DNA of 63,621 nucleotides, filler included, from Collodictyon triciliatum (GCA_043381765.1; 4 parts of 4 records of this genome joined end to end with filler, not necessarily neighbours in it), one strand, 5' to 3'; positions 30,501 through 45,957 are shown, counted from the first letter of the whole stretch. Program-made: numbers and translations. Notes: generated by a model not told the origin, from the letters alone.

Positions 30501-31223
30501 AAACATACTAATTTGATATATATATATGCAAAATAATATCCATGTTGATTGGTATTGAGCAGGTGAATGAAAATATCTTCTCAGGTTAAGAATATGATGT
30601 GGGTTAAATAATCACCTCGCCGATATTGTGTGAGCATTCTTTTTTCTGAACTGTTTAGCACAATTCTCCTCTATGGCCACTGCAAATTCAGTAATTCAGT
30701 CAAGTATGGACGGGCTTCTACCCATTCTCGTGGCAAAGCTGGGAGACAGGTTCAATAAATTAATCAACAGCAATGCTCTCATGAAATATCTTGTATTCTT
30801 GGTATATGCGTATCCTGAATTCAACATGACTAATCATGAGTGTCGGAGCGCTATTTGAAATCCCTTTGTCTACCCAGTAACACAAGAGTAAGAGATTCTA
30901 CATTGGAGGGAATTCTCAGCCTGTCAAAAAAGCCGGTATAGTCTTTGACATATCATAGGCACATATATCACACAGGCATTGAATTTTCTAATGGTGCGCA
31001 TGATTTATCGCAAGAATAGTATGCCTTCGTAGTAGTTTCATATGTTGCTTTCTTTCTCAAATGATGATAGGTTGTTGGACACCATATCATCACCCGGTAT
31101 CTCCTGCAACCTGTTGAAAGTATGAATGCTTGGCGTGCTGTAGTCGGGAGATTAGCGATTTTGGACAAATTTGTAGATGATTTTGGATTCAGAGACACTG
31201 AGAAAGGGGATTTTCAGCTCGAG
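26160..31223 (+). CDS. Protein with disordered acidic N-terminus and two tandem CEP104-type TOG/HEAT domains (3' end cut by spacer; start could be ATG 25890)
   Basis: Repeat 1: EIFGDDV...DSVPKVVFGAIKL...VPLLLTKSADSNAKVRD...SWRHIVSRL...TALQNANSNVRKAAIAVTLQVYK. Repeat 2: EQLSEADLQTATPMFAIFGERFVLNCFSKTWSTRESA...LQDSVPQVYLSA...LPILVAKLGDSNTRVRDS...YLLQP...WRAVVGRL. Both resemble the CEP104 TOG domain. Confidence 0.75.
27243..27572. repeat. Compound (TACTAT)n/(TAT)n/(CATTAT)n microsatellite
   Basis: Directly visible; starts just after the donor of a 13-nt exon. Confidence 0.95.
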
Positions 31224-31273
31224 GTATGTTCAAACTTTTCCACATTCTTTTGAGACGACATAATGCTTTATTT

Positions 31274-31370
<97 letters not shown>

Positions 31371-31470
31371 NNNNNNNNNNNNNNNNNNNNNNNNNNNNNN
31401 NNNNNNNNNNNNNNTTAATTAATTAANNNNNNNNNNNNNNNNNNNNNNNNNNNNNNNNNNNNNNNNNNNN
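31371..31470. other. Artificial assembly spacer N44-TTAATTAATTAA-N44
   Basis: Exactly 100 nt with stops in all six frames; identical to two other blocks; the flanking genes are truncated. Confidence 0.95.
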
Positions 31471-31615
31471 CATTATCATTATCATTATCATTATCATTAT
31501 CATTATCATTATCATTATCATTATCATTATCATTATCATTATCATTATCATTATCATTATCATTATCATTATCATTATCATTATCATTATCGTTATCATT
31601 ATCATTATCATTATC
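31471..31615. repeat. (CATTAT)n repeat
   Basis: Directly visible at contig edge. Confidence 0.95.
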
Positions 31616-31785
31616 GCTTCGACAACAACCGTCTAAAGTTTTTTTATATTTTTTTTTGTTTTTTCGTTGTAAAGAAGAGGGGTAAATAAAAGGCTTTTTA
31701 TGATTTAGCCTAGCAGTATTAATGTTCACTGAAAGTATCCTGTTCTTGTCTAATTTTTTTTGTTTTCTCAAACACATTTCCCTAG

Positions 31786-34700
31786 GCTGCCTTTTGGCAC
31801 CAATGTATAATCTCCAAGCAGACGAAATCGCAAACTATTTTGAAAGTTTTGAAATGAACGAGCCCCTTCTATTCCAGGAGCAAGTTTTTCTTCTCGACAA
31901 TCGCATGATATTATCATCTTAATTGCTGCATTTAGATTCAACCCTTTAAGATATTGAAATTTTCAATATATTTGGGAAACATGAACATAACCCAAGGTAA
32001 TTCTACTTATCATATATTTATCGCTGTGAATAACATTGAAGGAAGGAAGCGATGGAAATCGCCAAATTTTTCAAAGACTATGTCAAGAAGCGACGGGAGT
32101 CAAAGCCCCCTACATGTATATTTATATATTTATTTAAAATAAATGCTGTAATAGAATATTATGTAGCCCAACTTAAATTTATCACAATATAGCTTATTAC
32201 TGTGCTATCCGAGATATATTATGATTTTCATTTAATTATACCTTTTCATTACAAGCGAGAACTCATAGCGTCCCTGCAAACACTCATAACTCAGCGTCTT
32301 TGAAAGGGTATATTTATCAATTTAATAACAATTTTTTATGATGTTAAAAAATAATTAAAATGATAAAAATAAAAATAAAAGAAGCAGCTGATGTAGCCTC
32401 CTCCTCTTTCATTATCGATGCGCGGATGCATACCATATTTTAAGTCTATAAATTCATCTTTATATTGTAAAAGATTTAATGACGATTTCCTTGGAAACTA
32501 TTCCAATTTTGGGTCTCAAAGCCTTCCGGTGTGTATTCTCTTCCCCATATATTCCAATTTATTTTATTTTATTATACGTATATTTAGTCCTCGGGAACCG
32601 TCACATTTACAACACATATTCATATGTTGAGGAAAATGTTTATTATATTATCATACACGATAATCGCGAATATGACAATAATACACAATTCTTGATAAAT
32701 AAAGAATATCAATGATAGCACTAATAATATGTTTAACCCTCAGCCAATTATATAGTGTTTTGTTATATTCTATGTTTGATTTCATCAACCCTGCTTTTCT
32801 TTTCTCGTTTTCATCATCAAAATTATACGAATATGAGCACTGAAACACACTATCACACCGCAGTCTGGGCAACACCCTCCTTCTGTACCAAAGGCCGAAG
32901 AGCCAACAACCCCTGTTAAGAGTCGAACACCGGCTCTCGGGTTAAACATGTAACTCATTATAAAATAATTCATAGAATGGTTCAAAAGCTCTGGAACATC
33001 ATCTTCTTTGTAGCAAAACCAGATGGAGTTATTTCGCTACAGTCAAATTTCTTCCTTTTTTTTTTTAATATACGCTCTCTCGTGGCCAATTATTCTATCA
33101 GATAAATTATCAGTTAATTTTTTTTTAATAAAAAATACCTGCTTCAATAAAACACGACAAACTATTATGATAACGCCGTCACTATTGTGGATTAACAGGG
33201 AATCACCTATCACTCCTTCACAAGTGCCAAGAGGAAAATCTCTAGAAACAATCCACACCCTAAATGATAATATACCTGGATTTGACGAGGGAATGATATT
33301 GCGCCCTTCTGATGCACCGCTTTCACTTGTCCCCATTATGGATGGCCCTTATAAGAGGCTCTATCGCACATATCAGGTAATTGCTGAGGCTTTTGCAACA
33401 AACACGTCCACCTCATTATTTCATCATCTACTTTTTATTGCTTTACCTCAGTGTATCATGACATACACATATTATTTCGAATATTATCTCAGACATACGA
33501 TTTCTTTGGATAATTCATTACAGGGAACGAATCGATTCCAGTTCAAGTATTTTGCTGAACCCATATCAGACACAATTGAAGGTTTTCATGTGAATATGAA
33601 TCGATAGTAAAATCACCATCCACCCCTTCATATATGTATTTTATGTTTTTATTTATGGACTCTTTTCGAAATAACCCAATGATTGGACTGAATTCGCCTG
33701 AAACTGCGACTACTTGTTCAATATAGCAATTGAATCAAGAATAAATCATTACAAACAACGCGCCCTTGATGATGCCTCTGTTTCTGATGAGCCCAATAGA
33801 TATATCGATCAAATATCGACTGTAATAAAATTATGCTACTCACTTATTAAATGCATATTCCTCAACTACTTCTTATCAGGTTTAAATATTATGCGAATAC
33901 ATTTTATTTCTCTAAAATACTTACATGAATTCGTTAACATAGAACATATCTCTATTCATCGGAATGATTACAACGTGTGGAGAAGATTCTCTCACAGATA
34001 GAAATATACATCTCGAGGGGATACATAGCTCCCAAAAGGTTTATTCTTTTTAATTTTTAAGCCATGAAGGAATATTTTTTTATCTTGTTTTAACTCTGAT
34101 GATGGTTGTCAATCTACCCTTGCCGATCTCATTTACAATCACAACAAAAAAAAAATTTATCGCTTCTCATTCGGTTCTACTAGTTTGGTGCCATCAAACT
34201 TAATCTTGGGGAATTACCAGAGTATTTGTTTTACCCTGGTCAGGTACGCTTCTAAGAACCTTATTATTTCTCTCGAGTAAATTTATCACATTTATCTACA
34301 AAAGCAATAATTTTTTCCCTTTGTTCGATTCAAACATGTATAGAAGCAATAATTATAATGGAATTCAGTAATGATAAAAAAAAATGCGAGCATATTTCAT
34401 TCTAATTTTATCTTTTATTATTAGATCGTAGCTCTAAGAGGGACAAATCCATCGAAAACTGAGTTGTATGTCAAGAATATCGTTAAGGTTAATTCAATTA
34501 ATTCACCTCTTCACATTTGTCGGCGGGTTGATTTCAAATTTACTTTCCATATGAATTTTTTTTCTTCTGGCGTCAAGGCCTACACATGATTATATATGTA
34601 TGGCCGTTTTTATCAACTTGAAGTTATTGTATGAACATATTCATATGAACGAGATAGCATTACACATTCAATAGCTTATTTGGTCATAACCCCTCCCAGG

Positions 34701-36375
34701 AGGAAAAAATAACTATTAAAATATTGAAATAAATAGTGCTACTTTATGAAACGAATAGAAAAGAGGGATTTTTTTTTTTAAGAAAAGAATTCGTCTAATA
34801 AATACCCCTTAGTTCACGGAAACGATCCATGATGAGGTCTTTCAGTCAGAATCGGATGGTTGGACATCTTTTTTTGCGGCTGGGCCGTTAATATCAACGG
34901 ATGGGCTAGACCAAAGCAACTTACGGCGTATGATACAAATATGTCTCGATAAAAGGCCCAATATGTTAGTTCTGGTAATCGACTTTTCCCTTTACATTTC
35001 ATTCATTCATTAATATAGTGTATGAATTTTCCCCACAAAGTTTTTGAGAGGAGAAAAAAACATGTTAGATTGGTCCTCTCTACGACATATTCTCCCAAGA
35101 TGCACAAGATCAAATTCACAAAATGGACTCAATTATCACAAAACAATTTACTGAGGTAAAACTTTAATTTCCATTGATAAATTGGACATTATTCATGTCA
35201 TCTTTCACAAATTCAAAGGAAGAGTAAATAATACGAATTGGACCTTGTAATTTACTTATAAAATGATGAAATAATATCCAATCAAATATCCATAGTATAT
35301 TTACGCGCAACAAAGCATGCATACATATATACGTATGTGTGTTTGAGCGGGGAAGAAAAGATACACAAGTATCATGTAAATTCACCTATCTCCTTTTTTC
35401 TCTTTTTTTTTCTTTTTGCAAACCAATTACGTCAAATAGATTCTATCATCAACCATGGAAATTCTCCAACAATCTGGAATACAATTTGCATACATCCCTT
35501 CACCGAAGGATCCTCATTTTTATTCCTATCCGCAACCACCGGTTCAAGGATTATCAACTGGGGTAAGAAAATGTCAAAGTATTCAACAAACCATCCATCT
35601 TACTTTGAAATGGTATCTTGTGAGTTATAATAGTTGCATAATCAAACCAATGCAATATTTTGTGAAATTTAATGTTTGGGTACAAAATAGTTTTATTTAC
35701 AAAAATCAGATGTATTATTATCATTTATACTGCGATAAATTCACATAGAAAGGATTTCTGTCCAATCCATGCATGTTCAACTATGATGGTGTAAGAATCG
35801 GCGCAAGTTCGGTAGATTCTATTTCGCAACTGAGCACATCGTCTATATCCAGGTTGAATAGATTCCAACTCTGTTTTTTTTTTTTTTAATGACATATTCT
35901 AGTTTGTAAAATTATTTGGTTCCTTACCCCCATGTAGGGTATATTAATTGTAGAATTAATGAGTAGTCATATTTTTCATCAGAACTCAAATACACTCTGA
36001 CCGTGTTACAAAACTTTGGGAGTTGTTGTTGGACCAAAAGAGGTTTTTATTTTTCATCATTTTTCTTTTAAAAAGATAATGAAAACGATGCAGACATGTT
36101 ATTCTTCCTTTCATTTGGCTTTTTTACACGAATTTTTTTGGCACAACCATGCGATTAGATCACAAGCTTTTGTATTATAATTCATTTTTGTACTAATTCT
36201 TTCACCGTACAATACATATAAGCTTTTATCCTCTATACCCGTCGCCTGTTCAACCCCAAACAAAGTCGAATCCCAATCCTCATCGTGTCCCATTGAGCTT
36301 TTTGAAGGAGTTGCCTGAAGATGGCGTACGATTTTATTTCTATGTACCTTGCCCAAACGACTGAAATTAGTCCTC

Positions 36376-36473
<98 letters not shown>

Positions 36474-37168
36474 TATCGTGCGCTGGGAGTGGGCATCACA
36501 ACATTGAGAATCAAATTACAAGAACGATTGCAAACATATGAATATTAAATATAAAGATTCTTAAGTGAAAAACACATGACAAAAAACAATCCATTGTAGG
36601 CGGACTGCCTCGCTTTTTCAGACACCCCACATATTTTAGTGATACCCTCGGATCTACGTTACTTTGCCAAGGTTTGAGTTGTTTGAGTGGTTTCAGTTCG
36701 TTGCTTGTATGCTTCCGCCCTTTCCTTCTATTCGAGTTCGATTATTATTATTATTCTTGTGTGTGTGTGTTTTTTTTAACCTTTTAGTCGATATTTTGTT
36801 TTCTTGTATTTTTTTTCTTCTCTATTTTTACAAAATGGAATATTTACATTCTCTTGGTACTCACGAGATTATATTGCTTCCCTTTGACAATATTTCTAAT
36901 CGGCTCTATAAAATATAGATATCATCCTCAATATCTCAATTCATGGGAAATATAATTGTTTTTTTTTTTTTTTATCACTGCGTAGGTAATCCGGGGCACG
37001 TTGTGCATCAACCCCGGTCGACTGACAAAGTTCAACATGACCGGAACATTTGCTTCTGTAACATATCGGCCAAGACTGACCCAACAAAGTCCTCCTGGCC
37101 CCACCGAGACAGAGAGCAACCGAGGTCGCATTCACGACTGCATTCGCGTTGATATCGTCAACCTATAA
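31786..37168 (+). CDS. POLA2: DNA polymerase alpha subunit B (POLA2/Pol12); 5' end cut by spacer
   Basis: N-terminal helical domain (DEIANYFESF...AKFFKDYVKKR), TP/SP cluster, YLFYPGQIVALRGTNP, FAAGP, KRPNMLVLIGP, YIPSPKDPH...YPQPP, FLSNPCMF, DQKSFYPLYP, TPHILVIPSDLRYFAK, CINPGRLTK...GTFA, RVDIVNL*. Confidence 0.93.
36376..36473. repeat. (ATT)n microsatellite in POLA2 intron
   Basis: Directly visible. Confidence 0.95.
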
Positions 37169-37698
37169 ACTTAACTGTCCCTATATTGTCCAATAAGTAG
37201 CAAACTTCATATTTTCCCCTCATCCTTTGCCAATCTAGTCTGACTGAAAATGGTTGATATTTGTCGCCTGCCGGCTGAAATCATAAGATGCGCCTGTCAC
37301 AAGATACTTCTGTGTGGGATACACTCTTTGATTCGGAGATATTATAGTGCTTCATAATTGACGAGCATCTGCACGGCTATGGAATCAAAACCAGGGAAGG
37401 GAAGCAGAACAAACAAGCAGGCTTGCCTATCTCTGATGGTAAGGAACAGACAGGTTGCGGTTCCATTTAATGAAGCAAGAGTATTATCTGTGCGTTGACA
37501 TCGTTTTTAATTTTTGCTATTTTTATTTCTTTAGAAGGACAAAAACAGAAAGAAAAAACAAACAACAGTTTCTCAAAAAAAAAAAAAAACCAATAGTGAG
37601 ATAGTAACAGAAACAAAGAGTATATAAATGACGGAAAGAGGGACACATGGTGGCTCATTTCATATCACCACTCCTCTACCCCTCACAGGTTAAGGGAG

Positions 37699-39564
<1,866 letters not shown>

Positions 39565-39972
39565 TGCAGGCCTTTGGATCAAGAAAGAGACTTCCTTGAC
39601 TGATGCGTCCTCTTTGAAGTGTGAGCGTGGTTGTGCCTGGCACAAATAAAAGGTAGGGAGAAAGAAAGTCTGCAGGAAACGAGCTGAGGAAGATCAGCAC
39701 TTTGCTTGCGAGCGACAGAAAGTTGTCTGGGGGACAATAAAAGTCAATATCTCGGTCGGGCGGAATGAAGCGCAAGCAGAGCCAAAATATCGTGCAGCTG
39801 AAACGGGCTTTGTCCTATGAGAACGTATTGGAAAAGAAGTGAAAAAGAAGAAAAAGTATTATTGACACTATGAATAAAATACATCAATGAGTATAAAAGA
39901 AAAAAAAGTGACCCCGACTCAGGCGCTGCATTCACACTGTTTCAATGTCTCACTTATTTCCTATTGCTATTT

Positions 39973-40018
<46 letters not shown>

Positions 40019-40251
40019 CATATTTATTATCGGTTGGCCTCTTATAACTTCTTTATATACAATGCAACAGAAGAGTGACAGGCGCGTTTGATACACACTA
40101 CTGTAACTAGAGAGTTTGGAGGAAGGGGACAAAGGAGAGACAGTTTGGACGGCAGGATTCTCTTTTTTTCTTCTTTCTTTCTTTCCCTCCTTTTTTTTTT
40201 CTTGGTTTCTTTTCCCCTCTCCTTTGTAATGTCGATGAAAAAGGAGGTTTG

Positions 40252-42566
40252 TCAGAAGTTGAAAAAACGGCGCTTTGGGTTGGCTGCCTGCTGCAAAAAA
40301 GAAGGCGGCGATGAAGACAATGAAGTTGGGGTTTGCGTTGTTGATTCAGTTGCGCGCAGATACGCAGGACGCGTTCGACCCTGGGCGTTGCGATAGTCTA
40401 AAGCCATGGAAAAGTCAAACTCACTCCCAGAGTCTGCTTCAGCCCTGGACACTTGTGAGGTAGGTAAGAACCAGCTCTCGATAACATGGGAGCCAGGTAG
40501 CTGGTTAGACTCCTGCAGTTCACTGAGACTGGACAAGTCCACAGCGGGCAACGCCGAGTCTAGTTTCGGATATTCTGCAGTGTTGCTTTCTGGGGCAGGC
40601 TCGTTGCTCGTAAAGTAATCAACCAGTCGAGAGGCCTCGTATGTATCGCCCCTTGGAGAGGCCGGGGTGGATGAGTTCATAGAGGGTGGAAGTCCTGGTG
40701 GTGTGTAGGCATTTTTCCCCGTGATGAGGTGGGCTATCAGATTTTTTGAACGCATTTTTTGCTTTGCAGGTTCAGGTGCTTTAGAGCCGAAAGATACGCG
40801 CGTTTGAAAACTGTCTCTTTGAGGCATGAAGTGCGATGCTTCCGCCGTAGTGCCCTGATCCGCGTCTAGAGTATCGTTTTCAACGGTTCGACTGATATTT
40901 CCTTCATCTTTTTCCAGTGATTCTTGAGAACATCTCTCCCTGTCACCTACCCTACCGATGCGTTGGTAGTGTTGTCTGCATTGATCAAATATCCATATTG
41001 TTATCGCTGATACTATTTCATCTTTTTCTTGTCCGCGGTCGATTTCGTGGTCGATGTTGGGCCATATATGAATCACTTTGTTCCAGTTTGATACTTGGTC
41101 ATAAAACTAGCGTGAAAGAAAGGGCATGAGTGCGAGGAATATTTTATATTATTTAAAGCAAACAAATATGCTGCGGTTTGTGCCTTAAATTTAAATGACA
41201 CTAAGGTATTATTTTGAATAGATTAAAAATGGTATTTAATATATGTGTAGATTGATGAACGTATACCTCTTGGGAGGCTTTTGGACATGCGTACTGATTT
41301 CAAGGCAGAGACATTCATTATGCCGAAATATTGGAAATGATGGAGAGAAATTATAAATGAGCTTGTGTTAAACTTACAGGTGACCACGAAGATGAATTTG
41401 GATAGGATAGTTCAGTGTTTTTTGGAGAAAAATCAAGAAACAACATAAATAATGATAATAATAATGACACATTTAATTGTGCGACAATGAACCTGGTCTG
41501 CGTCCCCATGAATAAGGAGGAGTGGGTGATGAAATTCAGAGGGCGAGGTAAGGCATAAATCGGCCAACCTCCAAGCTTCTATTAAACTTGGTGGAGTTTG
41601 GGGTGTAGGCAAGGTGCTTTTCTTTGATAAATCCTTCGGCAAGTAGGACTGACGACTTTCTCTCGCAAGTGATGCATGCAGAGATGAACTGTAATGAATG
41701 GTGAGTGGAAGCATCAAATAAATTAAAGAATAGCCAAAACAAGATGCCATTTTCTCAATATTCTGGAAACCTATCAGCTAGGGAGAACAGATAGAGGAAT
41801 TATTTAGATTTCCGACTACATGAAAAATATATATCTAACTCTATCAAAAAAAAAAGTCATACAGATTTTTTTTAGCAAATAAGAAAAAATTCCAAATCTG
41901 ATTAAGTTAGGTTTGATAATCAGGTATGTAGGGCTTTTCGACCATGTTTCAGTTTTTTTTAAAGTTGACATGAGTGACTATTTAATGATAGAGAGGGAGA
42001 AAAAAAAATACCTATTTGATGAAGATGAAATCGTCAGGGTATTTGGTCTGAAATTTAGCGCTGCTAACTTTTCTGAAAGAATAGCCTCTGGAGAAGCACG
42101 AAGCCATGGAGAAGTTACAATTATCCCATGTATGGGAACGCGATATCGAATTGATGCAGTGGGTGCCGAATCAATCATAGATGAATGCTTAAGGGTCTGG
42201 TGCGATGACAGTCCATTATGAATTAAATTTTCAATGCAAACTTTAGTTGACAGTTTTATACATGAAACTATATTACAGCTATAACAGGCTGGTCCTTCAA
42301 GTATGTATATATACAAGGAAGCGTCTGTATATTCTTCATTTGTGAGAATGAATCAAAAAAATACGAATTATGACCAATATGCACAAACTCTGTTTCTGTC
42401 TTGAAGACCTATGGATATTGCAAGGGTTCCTCCAAATCCATGTCCATACAAGAAATTGGGCAAGGCAGGGACCGAATAAGCCTCCATGATATTTTCGATA
42501 TCGCGCAAAGAATCTGCTATCGGGAGAACCCCTGAGATGCCACTTGAACGACCATGACCTTTGGGG

Positions 42567-42663
<97 letters not shown>

Positions 42664-43345
42664 TTTAATTACTTCTCATGTTAAAAAGCACATAAGGTAT
42701 ACTGGAAAAAAACAAGTAAGGGAAAATGGTTGATTGAAATGAACAGAAACAAAACAAAACACAACAAAACAAAACACAACAAAACACAACAAAACAAAAC
42801 AAAACAAAACACAACAAAACAAAACAAAACAAAACAAAACAAAACAAAACAAAACAAAACAAANNNNNNNNNNAACAAAACAAAACAAAACAAAACAAAA
42901 CAAAACAAAACAAAACAAAACAAAACAAAACAAAACAAAACAAAACAAAACAAAACAAAACAAAACAAAAGCATATATCGAAACCTCTCAGATCAAACGA
43001 GACAACACGGAATCCAGCGGCGGTAAAGCGATTGCAAGTTTCAAAAAGGGAATTCTTGTCTGAAAATAGGGAGTGAACCACAAAGACTGTTGCTAAAGGA
43101 ATCAGTTGGAATGAAATCACAGGGGTCCATACGCACAAGTGCAACTCGCAGGCATCCGCCGTGGGGAAAGTGACTTCGATGTACCGTTGAATACGATCTG
43201 AGCCGAACTCCGGGGATTCTCCTCGTTGCAGCGAGAGTGAAAGTGGAACAGCAGAAGAACCTTTCGGCTTTGGAGGGAGTGCATATTCGATTCGGGTTGG
43301 TGCGTTTCGGTTCTTTGAGCGTAAAGAGCCGAACCCCCGCTCCAT
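40252..43345 (-). CDS. Monoacylglycerol-lipase-like alpha/beta hydrolase (Hydrolase_4-like), nucleophile Ser replaced by Gly, long S/P-rich C-tail
   Basis: FPTADACELHLCVWTP, ATVFVVHSL, GFRVVSFDLRGHGRSSG, PNFLYGHGFGGTLA, GIIVTSPWL, PLLLIHGDADQYACPKASQEFY, KVIHIWPNIDHEI. Six in-phase exons; TGA at 40252. Confidence 0.85.
42568..42970. repeat. (GATA)n then (AAAAC)n microsatellites in one intron
   Basis: Directly visible. Confidence 0.95.
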
Positions 43346-44028
43346 CTATATTGAGGCGCCATCATTTTCCATATAATTCTTTATGATTATTATTAATTTT
43401 ATTGTTATGTTGGTGCCACTATTTTCGATTCAAGAGTCTTGTTCATCTCTTGTCTATCTATCGAGAATGGCATCACATGGGCGGATGGCAGGGATATGGC
43501 CCAGCTTTTCTACATCGTTAGCTCTGTCCCTCGAGCGCGCTTCGTGACCGACTTTGCTTGTTCCGAAGTACGCAAGCCAAAGCGCGAGTTGTATTCGAGC
43601 AAAATGTCACCAGATGTTTGTTGATAGGGTTTATATCTATTTACGGAATATATAGATAATTTGATATGTAATATCATATAAACTTGCCATTATTACATTT
43701 ATTAATAAAATTATATTTTATGTATATCTATGGTATCTGGTTAAATCAATCATTTATATAGTACTTGATACTCAGTTTTTTTTTCTTAATCATACTTGAT
43801 ACTTAGCACGTAAGATACAATTAAATAAGGCGATTTGCATCATCTATATTGGATTGCAGTAAATATATATTCCACAAATATCCAATTCAATACCTTTCCT
43901 TATGCGCCTAATTCGGCTACCGCAAACAAAGCCACCCGCTTTGATTCGTGCCGATCCTTTGCCCTTCCAAGCAGGTAGCCTTTTGGAATCCCTCAAGCCA
44001 GCTTCTTGTTCGCCAACAGACAGCAGAG

Positions 44029-44311
44029 ATGAGACTCCCGGTTGTTGCTTTTTTGTGTGCCCTTCTCGTGGTGGTATCGGTCGAGGCATCAGACGTCATC
44101 GAGCTTACAGACGACACATTCTTCCAGAAGGTAAACTCTTTTTTCTTTTCTTTTTGGCTTTCTAGTTTTCATTAAACATGGCACCCACGAAGCAGAGGGC
44201 GATTCAGCATTTTTGTTACAGAGTAAAAAAGAAAAGAAAAAAAGAAAAGAGAGAGGAACTCGAAGATGACACCATTCCTCTTGGTACATAGCGTTCTCTA
44301 GTTGAATACGA

Positions 44312-44379
<68 letters not shown>

Positions 44380-44838
44380 AATTTTCCATACGCGCTCGTC
44401 CTGCAAAGTTGGAAGAGTACCGCGGCTACAATAAACCGGTAGTCGTGGAGTTTTTCGCACCATGGTGTCCCCACTGCAAGCACCTCGCCCCGATTTATGA
44501 AGAAGTGTGCCTATCTCTTATCCCAATGAACGCAATAACGCATATTTTATCCATTTTAAAGATTGAATCATAGTTCCACACCTCCTTTCATATACTCCTT
44601 TTCTACCCATTTTCGTGTAGTCGCAGACGTATAATCCAAATATATGTAGCAAAAACTTACCGTCATTCATAACCAAGGTTGCCATAGAATTAGAAGGGAA
44701 AGCATTTGTCACAAAAGTGGATTGTACCGTGAATACTGGTTTGTCCAGCACAAACTTAATAGCTACTCATGCACTCGTATTTTTGTACAATTTGGCAACG
44801 ATAAACGCGGACCTTCTTTTTCTTCCAAGAGATGTTTG

Positions 44839-44899
<61 letters not shown>

Positions 44900-45957
44900 A
44901 AGATAGTCTCTATAGAATTTCTTTCCTCATTATTCCCCTTATTATTAATTTCGTACATGAATATGTATTCCTGGGCACAGAAAAGTGACAGACATTCTGG
45001 TTGACTCCTTCCCTCCTTCTCTAGATACGTGCGGAACATTCGGCATTCGCGGGTATCCAACTATTAAAATCATAGAGGGAGACCAAATGTACGAATACCA
45101 CGACGCAAGGACAGCAGATGTCATATCAGCCTTTGTGATGACAAAAAAGAAAGGTGCTGGGGCACCTGTCCCAAGAGAAGGAACGATTCCAATTTCAGAT
45201 GGAGACGATTTTTACGGGTACATCATTCCTCTCTTTATAGTCATTCTTTGCTTTCTCATGTATTTCCTCTGTCAAATCTACACCCCTGTTAAGAAGCCAC
45301 CTCGAAGCTACGCATGAGCAATATTCTGGGAAATTGTGCCAGAGTGTGCTAATAAAATGGCTTCTTTACATTTATATTTACTATTACTTCAAACAATCCA
45401 ATCATACAAACAACGGTGATATTGAACCATCATACTCTGAGTGATTGAATGTGGTGCATTAATATTCTAGAGTATGCTCGCCCATTTGCCGTAAACCATG
45501 ACCTATAATACGTATACTATTTGATTGATTGTCTCATCGTCCAACATTTTTTTTAGAATAACAATTGAGATAACCGAAAGCATCATATACAACTTTGAAA
45601 CCTTTTTGGTAATAATTATTCCCGTTCCTAAAATATGGATGTGTTGTGTGTCACTAATGTGCTAAAGGCTCCCTTTTCTTTTCCTTTTTTTTTTTTAATC
45701 GCTTTCTGAGTACCTTGTTACAACAGAGAAAACAAAACAGCCAACATCCTAATCTACCACAAATATTCATATATGATACATAATGTAAAATACATCAAAC
45801 ATATTAGACATACCTTCGTGATTTTCCGCATCAAATTCTATGTATGTCTACCGTCGCCATCTTCTTTTTTGGATTCCTTCTTGGGAGGCTTTTTGCGCCT
45901 CCAGAAAGAGACCCGGAAAGGCTTCTAGAGATTCTCTTCTCAACAAAGAACGACTAA
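44029..45957 (+). CDS. TMX-like transmembrane thioredoxin/PDI-family protein (signal peptide, one WCPHC domain, C-terminal TM; alternative end at 45317)
   Basis: [78 protein letters not shown]. The spliced end reads ...[17 protein letters not shown]...STKND*. Confidence 0.9.
44313..44380. repeat. (TAAA)n microsatellite
   Basis: Directly visible. Confidence 0.95.
44842..44898. repeat. (CT)n microsatellite
   Basis: Directly visible. Confidence 0.95.

Noticed and set aside
31415-31426. Palindromic TTAATTAATTAA recurring three times (also 51757 and 60525) as a possible recombination, excision or transposon target site
   Set aside because: Always centred in exactly 44+44 Ns: a six-frame-stop contig linker, not biology. 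Gene adjacency across it is less certain.
45530-45835. Three small minus-strand exon-like pieces forming a 48-aa ORF
   Set aside because: The region is better explained by plus-strand terminal exons of the TMX-like gene.
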